From Pseudomonadota bacterium (lineage in GTDB: Bacteria; Pseudomonadota; Gammaproteobacteria; Burkholderiales; Casimicrobiaceae): 64,000 nucleotides of DNA. The stretch is from assembly GCA_018241765.1 (NCBI GenBank), contig JAFEDD010000023.1, forward strand, positions 49,596 to 113,595, written 5' to 3'. This document shows, in pieces, positions 48,458-58,330 of the stretch (its first letter is position 1; the number at the start of each line of letters is the position of its first letter). Both the position numbers and the translations under genes were made by a program. The notes under the pieces were generated by a model. It was not told the origin of the DNA. It worked only from the letters and a program-made list of their open reading frames with translations, and did no database searches.

Positions 48458-48513
48458 AAATGACCGCGAGTCAGTAGGGCGCGAACTGTAAATGACTCAC
48501 GGTCATTTGTAAA
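48458..48513 (-). promoter_or_regulatory. tetR-RND promoter with two TetR-type operators
   Basis: Minus strand TTTACA-17-TACAGT; AAATGACTCACGGTCATTT (48490-48508) fills the spacer; inverted copy at 48458-48476. Confidence 0.8.
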
Positions 48514-48580
48514 GTGGTGCGTCCGCCGACGGCGGTGCGCGCGGGGTTCCGGCAGGGCAACGAAGCTCACCCGACAAAAC

Positions 48581-48594
48581 TTGATCTGGGTTAA
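48581..48594 (+). promoter_or_regulatory. Candidate FNR-type box upstream of the DUF2189-like gene
   Basis: TTGAT-CTGG-GTTAA. Confidence 0.45.
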
Positions 48595-48652
48595 ATTTCG
48601 CCGCAGCGGCACGCAGGCCGTGAAATCACCACGAAAGGGACGACAGCGCACC

Positions 48653-49495
48653 ATGGCGACCGGCGAATCCGTGCCCGCCACCGATCCGGCAACCGTGCCC
48701 GCGCCGGACGCGCCGCGCGCCGACGCGGCGGCGGCTTCCTTCCTGATCCCCATTGCCCGCGACGTCGCCCCGCGCGAGGTGCTTGAATGGCTCAAGCTCG
48801 GGTGGCGGGATCTGGTGCGCTCGTACCTGACCGGCGTGTGGTTCGGGGTGTGTTTCGTGGCGATGGGCGCGCTGTTGATGTTGACCTTCCGGCAGGCGCC
48901 GGCCTGGCTGATGGCGCTCGTCTCCGGATTTCTTCTGGCGGGGCCGTTCTTGTGCACCGGTTGCTACGCGATTTCGCGGGCGCTCGAGCGCGGGTGCGAG
49001 GTTCGCATTCGCGCGGCGGCGCTGGCGTTTCGTGACAACACGAAGAACCTGGCGCTGTTCGCGGCCGTGCTCGGCGTGCTGGAACTGCTCTGGGGACGCG
49101 CCTCCCTCGTCGTCTTCGCGCTCTTCTACCAAGGCGGGCTGCCCGATTCGGGCGACGTGCTGGCCGCGTTTCTGACGCTGAAGAACGTGCCCTTCGTGAT
49201 CGCCTACACGCTGGTGGGCGCGATCTTTGCGACGCTGGTGTTCGTGGTCAGCGCGGTGGCGATGCCGTTGATGCTCGACCGCGGCACCGATGCCATCTCC
49301 GCGGCGTTGACCAGCGTGCGCGTCTGCCTTGCGGCGCCGCTGACACTGGCGCTGTGGGCGCTGTGCATCGCCGCGCTGACGCTCGCGGCGATGCTGCCGG
49401 GCTTCGTCGGACTGATCGTCGTCGGGCCCTGGCTTGGGCACGCCACCTGGCACGCCTACCGTCGGCTGGTGCCGCCCGCCCCCGCCGTTGCGTGA
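48653..49495 (+). CDS. DUF2189-like integral membrane protein
   Basis: WLKLGWRD, GFLLAGP..CTGCYAISR, PLMLDRG, PWLGHATWHAYR. Confidence 0.8.
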   Translation: MATGESVPATDPATVPAPDAPRADAAAASFLIPIARDVAPREVLEWLKLGWRDLVRSYLTGVWFGVCFVAMGALLMLTFRQAPAWLMALVSGFLLAGPFLCTGCYAISRALERGCEVRIRAAALAFRDNTKNLALFAAVLGVLELLWGRASLVVFALFYQGGLPDSGDVLAAFLTLKNVPFVIAYTLVGAIFATLVFVVSAVAMPLMLDRGTDAISAALTSVRVCLAAPLTLALWALCIAALTLAAMLPGFVGLIVVGPWLGHATWHAYRRLVPPAPAVA

Positions 49496-49504
49496 GGCCG
49501 CGGC

Positions 49505-50311
49505 TTACATGCGCGCGAAGCGGTGCGCGTGGTGGCGTGACACGACGATGCGCTCGGAGACGCCGTGCAGCGACAGCAGCACGCGCCCGCTGAAATCGCG
49601 CTCGGCGCTGCGCACCGCGCGCAAATTGACGATGGTCGAGCGGTGCGCCTGCACGAAGAGCGACGGATCGAGCTGCTCGGCCAGGTCTTTCAGCGCGATG
49701 CGGATCAAGTGCTCCTCGCCATCGCGCGTGTACACCGACACGTATTTGTCCTGCGCCTGAAGGTAGGTGACCTCGTCGACCGGCACGATGCGCACGGTGT
49801 CGCCGAGCCCCGCGCGCAGAAACTGCAACCACGGCGTGCCACCGCCACCGCGGTTCAGGTGCCCCGCCAGCGTGAGCGCGCGCGCCAATTCGTCGAGCGC
49901 ACCGGCCGACGGGCCCCCTGCGGCGAGCGCCAGACGGCGGCGCAGCCGCTCGACCGTTTCCGCCAGGCGTTCGTCGGCGACCGGCTTCACGAGGTAATCC
50001 ACCGCCTCGCGATCGAAGGCTTCGAGCGCATGCGCATCGTAGGCCGTGACGAACACCACCAGCGGCGCCGGAGTGTCGCTGGCCAACAGGCGCTCGGCCA
50101 CCGCGAGACCGCTCAGGCCCGGCATGCGGATGTCCAGAAAGAGCACGTCGGGCGCGTGCTGCTCGACGGCGAGCAGCGCCGCCGGGCCGTTGCCGACGAC
50201 GTCGGCGACGATGAGCTCCGGCCACAGCCGCGCCAGCGCCTCGCGCAACGAGCGCGCAAGCGGCGCCTCGTCCTCGGCGATCAATGCGATGGGGCGTGAT
50301 GGTGAAGGCAT
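49505..50311 (-). CDS. LytTR-family response regulator
   Basis: IAEDE, LFLDIRMPG, FVTAYD, DYLVKP; C-terminal AQDKY...FVQAHRSTIVN; start likely MPSP (50326 possible). Confidence 0.93.
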   Translation of the reverse strand: MPSPSRPIALIAEDEAPLARSLREALARLWPELIVADVVGNGPAALLAVEQHAPDVLFLDIRMPGLSGLAVAERLLASDTPAPLVVFVTAYDAHALEAFDREAVDYLVKPVADERLAETVERLRRRLALAAGGPSAGALDELARALTLAGHLNRGGGGTPWLQFLRAGLGDTVRIVPVDEVTYLQAQDKYVSVYTRDGEEHLIRIALKDLAEQLDPSLFVQAHRSTIVNLRAVRSAERDFSGRVLLSLHGVSERIVVSRHHAHRFARM

Positions 50312-50312
50312 C

Positions 50313-50427
50313 AGCTTTTTCTCCAAATGACGTTCATAACGGGCTTGGCGCTCATTTTTCCTGAAACTCGACTTTCAGTGTTTCTTCGATGCAAGCCCGT
50401 CATGGATGCGGATTACGTGAAAAAGTT
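50313..50427. repeat. ~115 bp dispersed palindrome, copy D
   Basis: AGCTTTTT...TTCATAACGGGCTT-23-dyad(50369/70)-23-AAGCCCGTCATGGATGC...AAAAAGTT. Confidence 0.9.
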
Positions 50428-50452
50428 GTTGACCGTTTTGACGTTCGCAGGG

Positions 50453-51622
50453 TCACGACGCATCGGGCCACGGCAGCAGCAGGCGAACGAGCGTGCCCTC
50501 GCGCTGCTGTTCGATGACCAGACGCGCGCCTTCGCCGTGGAGGGCACGCAGCCGCTCGCGCACATTGGACAAACCGGTGCCGGTGCCCGCCGTGGCCGGA
50601 TCGGCGCCGAAGCCGAGCCCGGTGTCGCTGACCTCGATGTCAAGCAGCTCGCCCCGGCGCTGGGCGCGGACACGCAGCGTGCCGCCGCCGATCTTCGGTT
50701 CGAGCCCATGCTTGATCGCGTTTTCGACGAGCGGTTGCAGCAGAAGCGGCGGAAACGGCAGCGCCCGTGTCGCCTCGTCGGCCTCGATCGCGTAGCGCAG
50801 TCGCTCGCCCATGCGCAGACGCAGGATTTCCAGATAGTCCCCGACGATGGCGAGCTCATCGCCCAGCGTGACCCGATCCCGCCGCGACGTCGCCAGCGTG
50901 TTGCGCAGGTAGCCGATCAGGCGCTCCGTCATGTGCTTGGCGGTGGCCGGATCGTGCTCGATCAGGCTCACCACGTTGGCCAGCGTGTTGTAGAGGAAGT
51001 GCGGTTCGACCTGCGCGCGCAGCGTCTTCAGTTCCGCGGTGGCGCGCTGCCGCTCGGCGCGCTCCACGGCCGCCTCGAGTTCGGCGCGCTCGCGGCGCTC
51101 GATCTCGCGTCGACGCGCCGTCTCGGTCGCCTCCCACAGCAGCCAGCCGATGCCGACCGTCATGCACACCGAGAAGACGAAGCCGCGCCAGTTCTCGCTG
51201 AAGTCGAGCCACAGAGCACCGCGCAAAAGCGAACCGGCCAGCACATAGCCAGTCGCGATGGCGAGCACCGGCAGCACGGCCGCGAGCATGAACGGGTGCA
51301 TCAACCACGGCGCCGCGCGCGGGTGCCGCCGCGCACTCACGATGGTCAGGCGATAGAAGAAGTGCTGGGCGTAGCCGATGGCCACGGTGAAGGTCGCCAC
51401 TTCGCCCAGCAATCGCCAGGTGATCCGATGGCCAAGCCCGAGAATGAACAACGCGATCGCCGCCACCACGACGGCGCACAGGATCGCCGTGAAGACGATG
51501 TTGCGCAGCGTCGACGGCGGCCAGCGACGAAACCACGGCACCACCTGCAACGGGTGATAGTCGGTTCCGGGTCGCAGCCGCTGGCGCAGCCGTTCGTTGC
51601 GTTCGTCATTCATGGGGCGCAT
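50453..51622 (-). CDS. LytS/YehU-type sensor histidine kinase
   Basis: TM sensor; LRAQVEPHFLYNTL; QPLVENAIKHG; DTGLG; GTGLSNVRERL. Confidence 0.92.
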   Translation of the reverse strand: MRPMNDERNERLRQRLRPGTDYHPLQVVPWFRRWPPSTLRNIVFTAILCAVVVAAIALFILGLGHRITWRLLGEVATFTVAIGYAQHFFYRLTIVSARRHPRAAPWLMHPFMLAAVLPVLAIATGYVLAGSLLRGALWLDFSENWRGFVFSVCMTVGIGWLLWEATETARRREIERRERAELEAAVERAERQRATAELKTLRAQVEPHFLYNTLANVVSLIEHDPATAKHMTERLIGYLRNTLATSRRDRVTLGDELAIVGDYLEILRLRMGERLRYAIEADEATRALPFPPLLLQPLVENAIKHGLEPKIGGGTLRVRAQRRGELLDIEVSDTGLGFGADPATAGTGTGLSNVRERLRALHGEGARLVIEQQREGTLVRLLLPWPDAS

Positions 51623-51712
51623 CTTGCCCCACCCTGGTGCCGCCGAGGGGGCGCGGCGACGAACGGCCGCAGCGGCGCGCGAAGCGCCAACGGCCGGCGC
51701 GAATGAAGCGCG

Positions 51713-52246
51713 TTATTTGTCGGCTTCGTAGCGCGCAACGGCGGTGAGGATCTCGGCGCGCGCCTCGGCAGCCTCGGCCCAGCCGGTGATGCGCACGAAC
51801 TTGCCCGATTCGAGGTCCTTGTAGTGCTCGAAAAAATGCGTGATGCGGTCGATTTCGAGCGGCGGCAGATCGCGCGGACTTTGCACATTGCGATAGATGC
51901 TGGTCAGCTTGTCGACCGGCACGGCGAGCAGCTTCTCGTCGCTACCCGCCTCGTCCTGCATCTTCAGCATGCCGATCGGGCGACAGCGCACGACGACGCC
52001 CGGCATCAGCGACACCGGCGAGAGCACCAGCACGTCGGCCGGATCGCCGTCACCCGACAGCGTCTTCGGGATATAGCCATAGTTGCACGGATAGTGCATC
52101 GCCGCCGACATGAAGCGATCGACGAAGATGGCGCCGCTCTCCTTGTCGACCTCGTACTTGATCGGCTCGCCGTTCATCGGAATTTCGATGACGACGTTGA
52201 TGTCGTTGGGCACGTCACGGCCAGCGGAGAGTTTGTCGAAGCTCAT
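51713..52246 (-). CDS. ppa: Inorganic pyrophosphatase
   Basis: KYEVDK, VDRF, YPCNYG, DGDPAD, DEAGSDEK, HFFEHYKDLE. Confidence 0.97.
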   Translation of the reverse strand: MSFDKLSAGRDVPNDINVVIEIPMNGEPIKYEVDKESGAIFVDRFMSAAMHYPCNYGYIPKTLSGDGDPADVLVLSPVSLMPGVVVRCRPIGMLKMQDEAGSDEKLLAVPVDKLTSIYRNVQSPRDLPPLEIDRITHFFEHYKDLESGKFVRITGWAEAAEARAEILTAVARYEADK

Positions 52247-52539
52247 GCAGAAAAAATAGCGGAAATGGACGACCAGGGAGGCGCGCACGCACGGCACGGA
52301 AAACCGTGGCGCTGCGCCGCCGCATTCTAGTCGCCAAGGCTGACGCAAAACTGGCGCGCAACCACCGGCGGACGGGCGCCCGCTATACTTCGGGCTCTTT
52401 TTCCGCACCGCCCCACGGGGTCATTTCCCTGACTGGTCCAGCCACGACGGTCGACCGCTCAGCGCAATGACATCGCCATGGGGCGCGGACGAGCGGCGGC
52501 CCACGTCGCCGCCGTGCGCCACACCCTCACCCACCCGGC

Positions 52540-53937
52540 ATGATCAAGGCACTCATCGAGCGCGTACTGCCCCGCAAGAAGCCGCTTCGCGTCGAGCATT
52601 CCGGCAGCGCGCTCGGCCTCAGTCCGGCGCGCATGAGCCGCAACGCGGTTCAGGTATGCGACAAACTGCAACGCGCCGGCTACGAAGCGTGGATCGTCGG
52701 CGGCGCCGTGCGCGACGCGCTGCTCGGCGCGCAGCCCAAGGACTTCGACGTGGCCACCAACGCCACGCCCGAGCAGGTGCGCCACGAGTTCCGCCGCGCC
52801 TTCATCATCGGGCGCCGCTTCAAGCTCGTGCACGTCATGTTCGGCGACGAGACGATCGAGGTGTCGACCTTCCGCAGCAATCGCGGCGGCGAAGTCGCCT
52901 CCGACGAGACCGGGCGCATCACCTCCGACAACGTCTACGGCACGCAAGTCGAGGACGCCGCGCGCCGCGACTTCACGATCAACGCGCTCTACTACGACCC
53001 GATCCACGACATCGTCGTCGACTACATGGGCGGCCTGAAGGACGTCGAGCGGCGCACGCTGCGCCTGATCGGCCGCGCGGAAACGCGCTATCGCGAGGAC
53101 CCGGTGCGCATGCTCCGCGCGGTGCGCCTCGCCGTCAAACTGCGCTGCACCGTCGCGCGCGGCACCGCGACACCGATCCGCGAACATGCGGAGCTGATCC
53201 GGAACGTTCCGCCGGCACGCCTGTTCGACGAAATCCAGAAACTCCTGCTCTCCGGCTACGCCCGCGACACGCTGGCGGAACTGCGTCGCCACGGTCTCGC
53301 CGAGGGCCTGCTGCCGCTGCTCGACCTGATCTACCAGCAACCGGGCGGCCAGCGCTTCATCGAACTCGCCCTCGACAACACCGACCAGCGGGTGCGCGAC
53401 GACAAGCCGGTCTCACCCGCCTTCCTCTTCGCGAGCCTTCTGTGGCACGAAGTGGTCAAACGCTGGGCGGAAATCGAATCCCGCGGCGAGCACCGCATTC
53501 CCGCGCTGCTGCAGGCGATGGAGGAAGTCTTGGACGAGCAGCGGGAAACGATCACGCTGCCACAACGCTTTGCCGGCATCACGCGCGAAATCTGGCTCAT
53601 GCAGCCGCGCTTCGAGCAACGCACCACCAAGGCCGCGTTGCGCATGGTCGAACAACAGCGCTTCCGCGCGGCCTATGACTTCCTGCTGCTGCGCGCGGCC
53701 GCCGGCGAGATCGAACAGGAACTGGCCGACTGGTGGACGCACTTCATCGAGTCCGACCCCGAGATCCGCGCCGAACTCATCGCCCAGCGGCAACGCGCCC
53801 AGCGACAACACGAAAGCGGCCCGCGCGACGGCCAGGGTCGCCGTCGGCGCTCGCGCGGCGGACGCGCTCGCCAGCGCGGTGAGCGCAGCGCAGCCGACGG
53901 CGGCCCCGACGTCCTCGCCCCCGAAAACGACGCGTGA
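52540..53937 (+). CDS. pcnB: Poly(A) polymerase I
   Basis: VGGAVRD, PKDFDVAT, IIGRRFKLVHV, RRDFTIN, EDPVRMLRA, RFRAAYDFL. Confidence 0.95.
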   Translation: MIKALIERVLPRKKPLRVEHSGSALGLSPARMSRNAVQVCDKLQRAGYEAWIVGGAVRDALLGAQPKDFDVATNATPEQVRHEFRRAFIIGRRFKLVHVMFGDETIEVSTFRSNRGGEVASDETGRITSDNVYGTQVEDAARRDFTINALYYDPIHDIVVDYMGGLKDVERRTLRLIGRAETRYREDPVRMLRAVRLAVKLRCTVARGTATPIREHAELIRNVPPARLFDEIQKLLLSGYARDTLAELRRHGLAEGLLPLLDLIYQQPGGQRFIELALDNTDQRVRDDKPVSPAFLFASLLWHEVVKRWAEIESRGEHRIPALLQAMEEVLDEQRETITLPQRFAGITREIWLMQPRFEQRTTKAALRMVEQQRFRAAYDFLLLRAAAGEIEQELADWWTHFIESDPEIRAELIAQRQRAQRQHESGPRDGQGRRRRSRGGRARQRGERSAADGGPDVLAPENDA

Positions 53938-54602
53938 TGACGACCGCCGATCGCGGCACCCCGCGCTTGCCGCTCGCTGCGGCCGAGACAGCGTCGCCGC
54001 ACGAACGCGTGTGGATCGCCCTCGGTGCCAATCTGGGCGACCCGCTCACGCAAGTCACACGCGCCATCGCGGAGCTCGGCGCCATGCCGCAGTCCAGCCT
54101 CGTTGCCGCCTCATCGCTCTATCGCAGCGCGGCATGGGGCGCGAGCACGCCGCAGCCCGATTACATCAACGCCGTCGTCGTCATCGACACCGCGCTGTCG
54201 CCAAGCGCGCTCTTGGCGGCGACCCGCGCCATCGAAGCGCGGCACGGGCGCATCCGTAGCGCCGAGCGCAACGCCGCGCGCACGCTCGACATCGACATCC
54301 TGCTCTACGGCGAGCGCGTCGTGCACGACGACGCGCTCAGCATTCCTCATCCACGGTTGCACGAGCGCGCGTTCGTGTTGTTGCCACTCACCGAAGTCAC
54401 GCCCGACGCCGTGGTTCCCGGACGCGGCATCGCCAGCACCCTGCTCGCCGCGCTGCCACTTTCAGTATTGTCCGAGACGCAACGCATCGGCTGCCCGAAG
54501 GACACCTCCGGCGACGACGCCTCCAAGCCGGCGGGCCTTGGTTACACTTCACCCACTGACAAGCCACCAACACCGGGGATGATCTTGGGGAGCACACTGT
54601 GA
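53934..54602 (+). CDS. folK: 2-amino-4-hydroxy-6-hydroxymethyldihydropteridine diphosphokinase
   Basis: IALGANLG, QPDYINAV, RTLDIDIL, IPHPRLHERAFVLLPL. Confidence 0.95.
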   Translation: MMTTADRGTPRLPLAAAETASPHERVWIALGANLGDPLTQVTRAIAELGAMPQSSLVAASSLYRSAAWGASTPQPDYINAVVVIDTALSPSALLAATRAIEARHGRIRSAERNAARTLDIDILLYGERVVHDDALSIPHPRLHERAFVLLPLTEVTPDAVVPGRGIASTLLAALPLSVLSETQRIGCPKDTSGDDASKPAGLGYTSPTDKPPTPGMILGSTL

Positions 54603-56671
54603 CGCTGCCGCACGCGTCGTCGCGGTCGCGTTGGCACGTCGCCGTCGCGCTGGCGCTGGCGGTCGTCGCCGATTCGGCCGGCGCACTGTCGTTCGGCGGC
54701 GAACAGGTGCAATCGAGCCTCGGCCACCCGCTGAAGCTGCGCATCGCACTGCTCGGCGACGCGCCTTCCGAGAGCCTCGAGACGAGCTGCTTCCGCATCG
54801 TCCCGGCCACACGCGGCGAGGGTTTGGGCAGCCTCGCGTCGGCGCGCATCGAGGTGCAGCGCGGCGCCACACCAGCCGTCATCATCCGCAGCGCGCAGCC
54901 GGTCAACGACCCCATCGTGCGCCTCGCCATCGAGCACACCTGCGACACACCGATCCGTCGCGACTACACCGTGCTGCTCGACCCGCCGTCATTGAATGCG
55001 CCGAGCGCAGCCGCAACAACCGCCGCCATCGCCCCGCCCACCGCGTCGTCGCCAGAGCGCGCCGCCGAGAGCGCTGCGGCTGCCAGCGGCCCGGCCACCG
55101 CGACTGCCCCAGTACGCGACACCCGTCGAACCGGCGCGACGCGCTCCACGCCCACGAAAGCGTCGAGCGCCAGCCGTCGCAACGCCAACACCGCCGCGAA
55201 CGCGCGTGCGCCGAAAGCCGACCGCGAAGCTTCCGTCAGCAGCCGCGACCACCTGCAGGTTCGTGGTGACGGCGCCCCTGCCGGCATCGATGACGCCGCG
55301 CTCGCGGCACTCGCGGTGCCGCGCCTTCGCATTTCGAGTGATCTGCCGACCTTCGACACCGCCACGGCAGGCACGCCTGGCGCTTCACCGGCAGCGGCGA
55401 ACGGCGCCGACAACGAACTGCAAGCCGCCATCGCCCGCGAACGGCGCGCCCGACTGCTGGCCACTCCCATCGATCAAGACCTCGCGCCGCGCCTCGAAGC
55501 CGACCTCGTCGTCGCACAGCGGCGCCTGGCGGAGCTGCAAATGCAACTCAGCGCTGCGGCCGGCAGCGCGCCCACGACCGCCACGACCGCCGCGACGGCA
55601 AGCGTCGACAAGGCTTCGGCGCCACCGGCGGCGACCACGAAGGTCGCGAGCCGCGCGGATGGAAGCGGCTTGGCGTGGCGCGACTGGCTCTGGATTCCGG
55701 CCGCGCTGCTGGTGCTCGGTCTGCTGCTGTTCCTGATGCGGCAACGCAAGGCACGCGAGCAATCGAGGTCGTTCACGACCGAGGCCGACGGCGTGACCGT
55801 CGTCGAAGACACCGCCCGCGGCGCAACGCCGCCGACGGCGCGCGCACCCTCGCCGTCGCTTCACGCCGACGACGGGTTCGACGACACGGCGCTCGGTATC
55901 GTCGCCAGCGACCGGGCCGGCGCTCCGGCTCCAGCGGCGGTCCGGTCCCCCTTGGCGGACGTCCGTGACAGCGAAGCGAAGCCGGCCAACGCCATCGATC
56001 GCCCGATCGGCACGATGTTCCCGCTGCGCGACGCCGAAGCCCACGTCGACGTCACCGAACTGTCACAGATCACCGACGAGGCGCAGGTCTACGCCGATCT
56101 CGGGCGCAATGACCAGGCGATCGAACTGCTGCGCGGGCATATCGACAATCAGGAAGCGTTGGAGCCCGAGCGTGCATCACCCGCGCCCTGGCTGATGATT
56201 TTCGATCTCTACCGGCGCACGAACAATCGCGCGGGATACGACGAACTCGCGCCACGTTTTCGCAAGCTCTTCAACGGCCGCATGCCCGATTGGGACAATT
56301 ACGGGCACGAGCTCGCGCTCGACGACGGGCTCGAAGCCTTCCCGCATCTGGTCGCACGCATCGAGCGCGACTGGGGCACGCCGGAGGCGAAAAAGTACCT
56401 CGAGGAGCTGCTCTATGACAACCGTGGCGGATCGCGCCTTGGTTTCAGTCTCGCCGCCTACCGCGACATCCTCTTGCTGCTGCAACTCCACGATGCGCTG
56501 GGCGACACCGTCAATGACGGAGCCAACCGCTCGTCACTCGCGTGGGAAGCGCGCGGCGCCGATGACAGCGACGGCACCCCGAAGTGGGATCTCTCGCTCG
56601 ACATGATCGAACCGCCGGGCAACGGTGAACTCGACTCGTTCCTGAAGGACATGCCGCGACGCGAGGAGTAG
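54599..56671 (+). CDS. FimV/HubP-like polar landmark protein lacking an obvious LysM domain
   Basis: ALSFG..QVQSSLGHPL...DYTVLLDPP N-terminus; coiled coil; TM; cytoplasmic AQVYADLGRNDQAIELL and FPHLVARIERDWG segments. Confidence 0.7.
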   Translation: MTLPHASSRSRWHVAVALALAVVADSAGALSFGGEQVQSSLGHPLKLRIALLGDAPSESLETSCFRIVPATRGEGLGSLASARIEVQRGATPAVIIRSAQPVNDPIVRLAIEHTCDTPIRRDYTVLLDPPSLNAPSAAATTAAIAPPTASSPERAAESAAAASGPATATAPVRDTRRTGATRSTPTKASSASRRNANTAANARAPKADREASVSSRDHLQVRGDGAPAGIDDAALAALAVPRLRISSDLPTFDTATAGTPGASPAAANGADNELQAAIARERRARLLATPIDQDLAPRLEADLVVAQRRLAELQMQLSAAAGSAPTTATTAATASVDKASAPPAATTKVASRADGSGLAWRDWLWIPAALLVLGLLLFLMRQRKAREQSRSFTTEADGVTVVEDTARGATPPTARAPSPSLHADDGFDDTALGIVASDRAGAPAPAAVRSPLADVRDSEAKPANAIDRPIGTMFPLRDAEAHVDVTELSQITDEAQVYADLGRNDQAIELLRGHIDNQEALEPERASPAPWLMIFDLYRRTNNRAGYDELAPRFRKLFNGRMPDWDNYGHELALDDGLEAFPHLVARIERDWGTPEAKKYLEELLYDNRGGSRLGFSLAAYRDILLLLQLHDALGDTVNDGANRSSLAWEARGADDSDGTPKWDLSLDMIEPPGNGELDSFLKDMPRREE

Positions 56672-56773
56672 CTGCGGCTCGGCGTCAGCGCCTCGGAAGA
56701 CGGCAGACACGGCCGCGGCAGGCATCCGATAGAGGATTGACCGCAGCGCGTGGCGCCCCACGAAGCGCACCGG

Positions 56774-57451
56774 TCAGGGCAGCGCCTCGCACAGTGGCCG
56801 CCGCACCGACAATCCGCCCGTCTGCGGCGTCACGACGAACTGGCAGGCATCGTAGCCTTGGGCCTTGATGCGGCCGATGATCTCCGCCAGCACCTCGGGA
56901 GCGACGCGCGGCTCGCGAGCGAGCACCCAGCCATATCGGTGCGACGGGTGACCCACGACCGCCCAGCGATACGCCGGGTCGAGCGCGATGACCCAGTAGT
57001 CGAAGGCGAACCAGAAGCGGTATTCGTCGAACAGACGAAGAAAGGTGACTTCGAGCCGCGACGCGGGTGGCCCGCCAGCGGGGCGTGCCCGCCCGAGCGC
57101 ATGCTCCTTGCGGCCGTCGTCGTGCGTGCACACGTTGTCGATGTCGATCCATGTGGGATGGTCGGCATCGAGCGTGTACGTCGCGCGCGTATCGCGCACG
57201 CAGTTGCGCTGGAAGAAATGCGGGATGGACGCCACTTCGTGCCAAGTGCCCGCATATTGGCGGGCGTCGAAGGGTTCGACCGGCGTCATGTCGACACCGG
57301 TGCCGCAACCGCCGAGCCAAAGCAGCAGCCCGAGCGCGAGCGCGGAGCCCACGCGGCGGCGCTTCCGCGAGCGCCGCGCGCCGACGCGCTCAGCCGCCGG
57401 TCGCGCACCGCTGCGAATCATCGAGGGCGTCGGTACCGCAAGGTTGCGCAT
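56774..57451 (-). CDS. blc: Bacterial lipocalin (start uncertain)
   Basis: Lipobox LGGC; FDARQYAGTWHEVA; YWVIALD..Y; WVLAR. Confidence 0.85.
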   Translation of the reverse strand: MRNLAVPTPSMIRSGARPAAERVGARRSRKRRRVGSALALGLLLWLGGCGTGVDMTPVEPFDARQYAGTWHEVASIPHFFQRNCVRDTRATYTLDADHPTWIDIDNVCTHDDGRKEHALGRARPAGGPPASRLEVTFLRLFDEYRFWFAFDYWVIALDPAYRWAVVGHPSHRYGWVLAREPRVAPEVLAEIIGRIKAQGYDACQFVVTPQTGGLSVRRPLCEALP

Positions 57452-57581
57452 GGTGAGCCCTTCGCTTCGAGGTGTGGTGACGCCCTCGCGCCAATCCACC
57501 ACCGAACGTCGTCGCCGGAGCCCGGCCGACTGGGCGCGGTCATGCGACCGCGCCTGCGATCGGCGCCACACGGCGCCGTCG

Positions 57582-58277
57582 TCAGTCGAGCTTCATCGTG
57601 AACGGAATCTCCACCTCGTGGCTGACGTCCGATCGCTCCGTGCGGCACGCACTGTCGGTGAGCGGTGTGTTGAACGTGCGCTGCACTGCGTTGCGCATGT
57701 TGGCCGGGGAGACCTCTCTGACGCGAACGTTGGTGAAGGTTCCGTCCGGGTTCACGGTGACCAGGATCGTGCCATCGATGCGGTCGACACCAGCCTTGTT
57801 CATGTCGCGCACCGGTGGCGAATCGGGTCGACACGCGGCCGGCAACTGCGACATGCCAAGGCGGCTGACCGTTGGCCTGGGCGCCGGGGGCGCCGGGGGC
57901 GCTGGCGGCGCCGGGGGCGGCGGTGGCTCGATCTTGTACTCGGTCTTCGGCGGCTCGCTCGTCGTCGTGATGCTGGGCGCGGCGGGCGCCTGTACCTGCA
58001 CCTCGACGGGCGGCACGTACGGAGGCGGCGGCGCGGCCGGCGGCGGCGGCGGCAGATTCGGCATCTTCGGCGGCGGAGGCGGCGGTGGCGGCGGCGGTGG
58101 CGGGGGCAGCTTGACCTCCTCCACGATCTTCGCCTCCAGCGGCTTCTTGATCACTTCCACCGCCTTGCGCGCCAGTCCGGTCACCAACGCGTAGATGATG
58201 AACAGATGCAGCGCAACGACGACAGCGATCGCGACCGATCGCTTGCTCGACTTCGCGGGTTTATAGGTGTAATCCAT
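57582..58277 (-). CDS. tonB: TonB-like energy transducer with divergent C-terminal domain
   Basis: VVALH TM with conserved His, poly-Pro linker, position after exbB-exbD-exbD. Confidence 0.8.
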   Translation of the reverse strand: MDYTYKPAKSSKRSVAIAVVVALHLFIIYALVTGLARKAVEVIKKPLEAKIVEEVKLPPPPPPPPPPPPPKMPNLPPPPPAAPPPPYVPPVEVQVQAPAAPSITTTSEPPKTEYKIEPPPPPAPPAPPAPPAPRPTVSRLGMSQLPAACRPDSPPVRDMNKAGVDRIDGTILVTVNPDGTFTNVRVREVSPANMRNAVQRTFNTPLTDSACRTERSDVSHEVEIPFTMKLD

Positions 58278-58330
58278 GCGTGTTCAGCGCTTTCTTCGTC
58301 TTGTCGCTTCGTGTTCGATGACGTAGCGCG

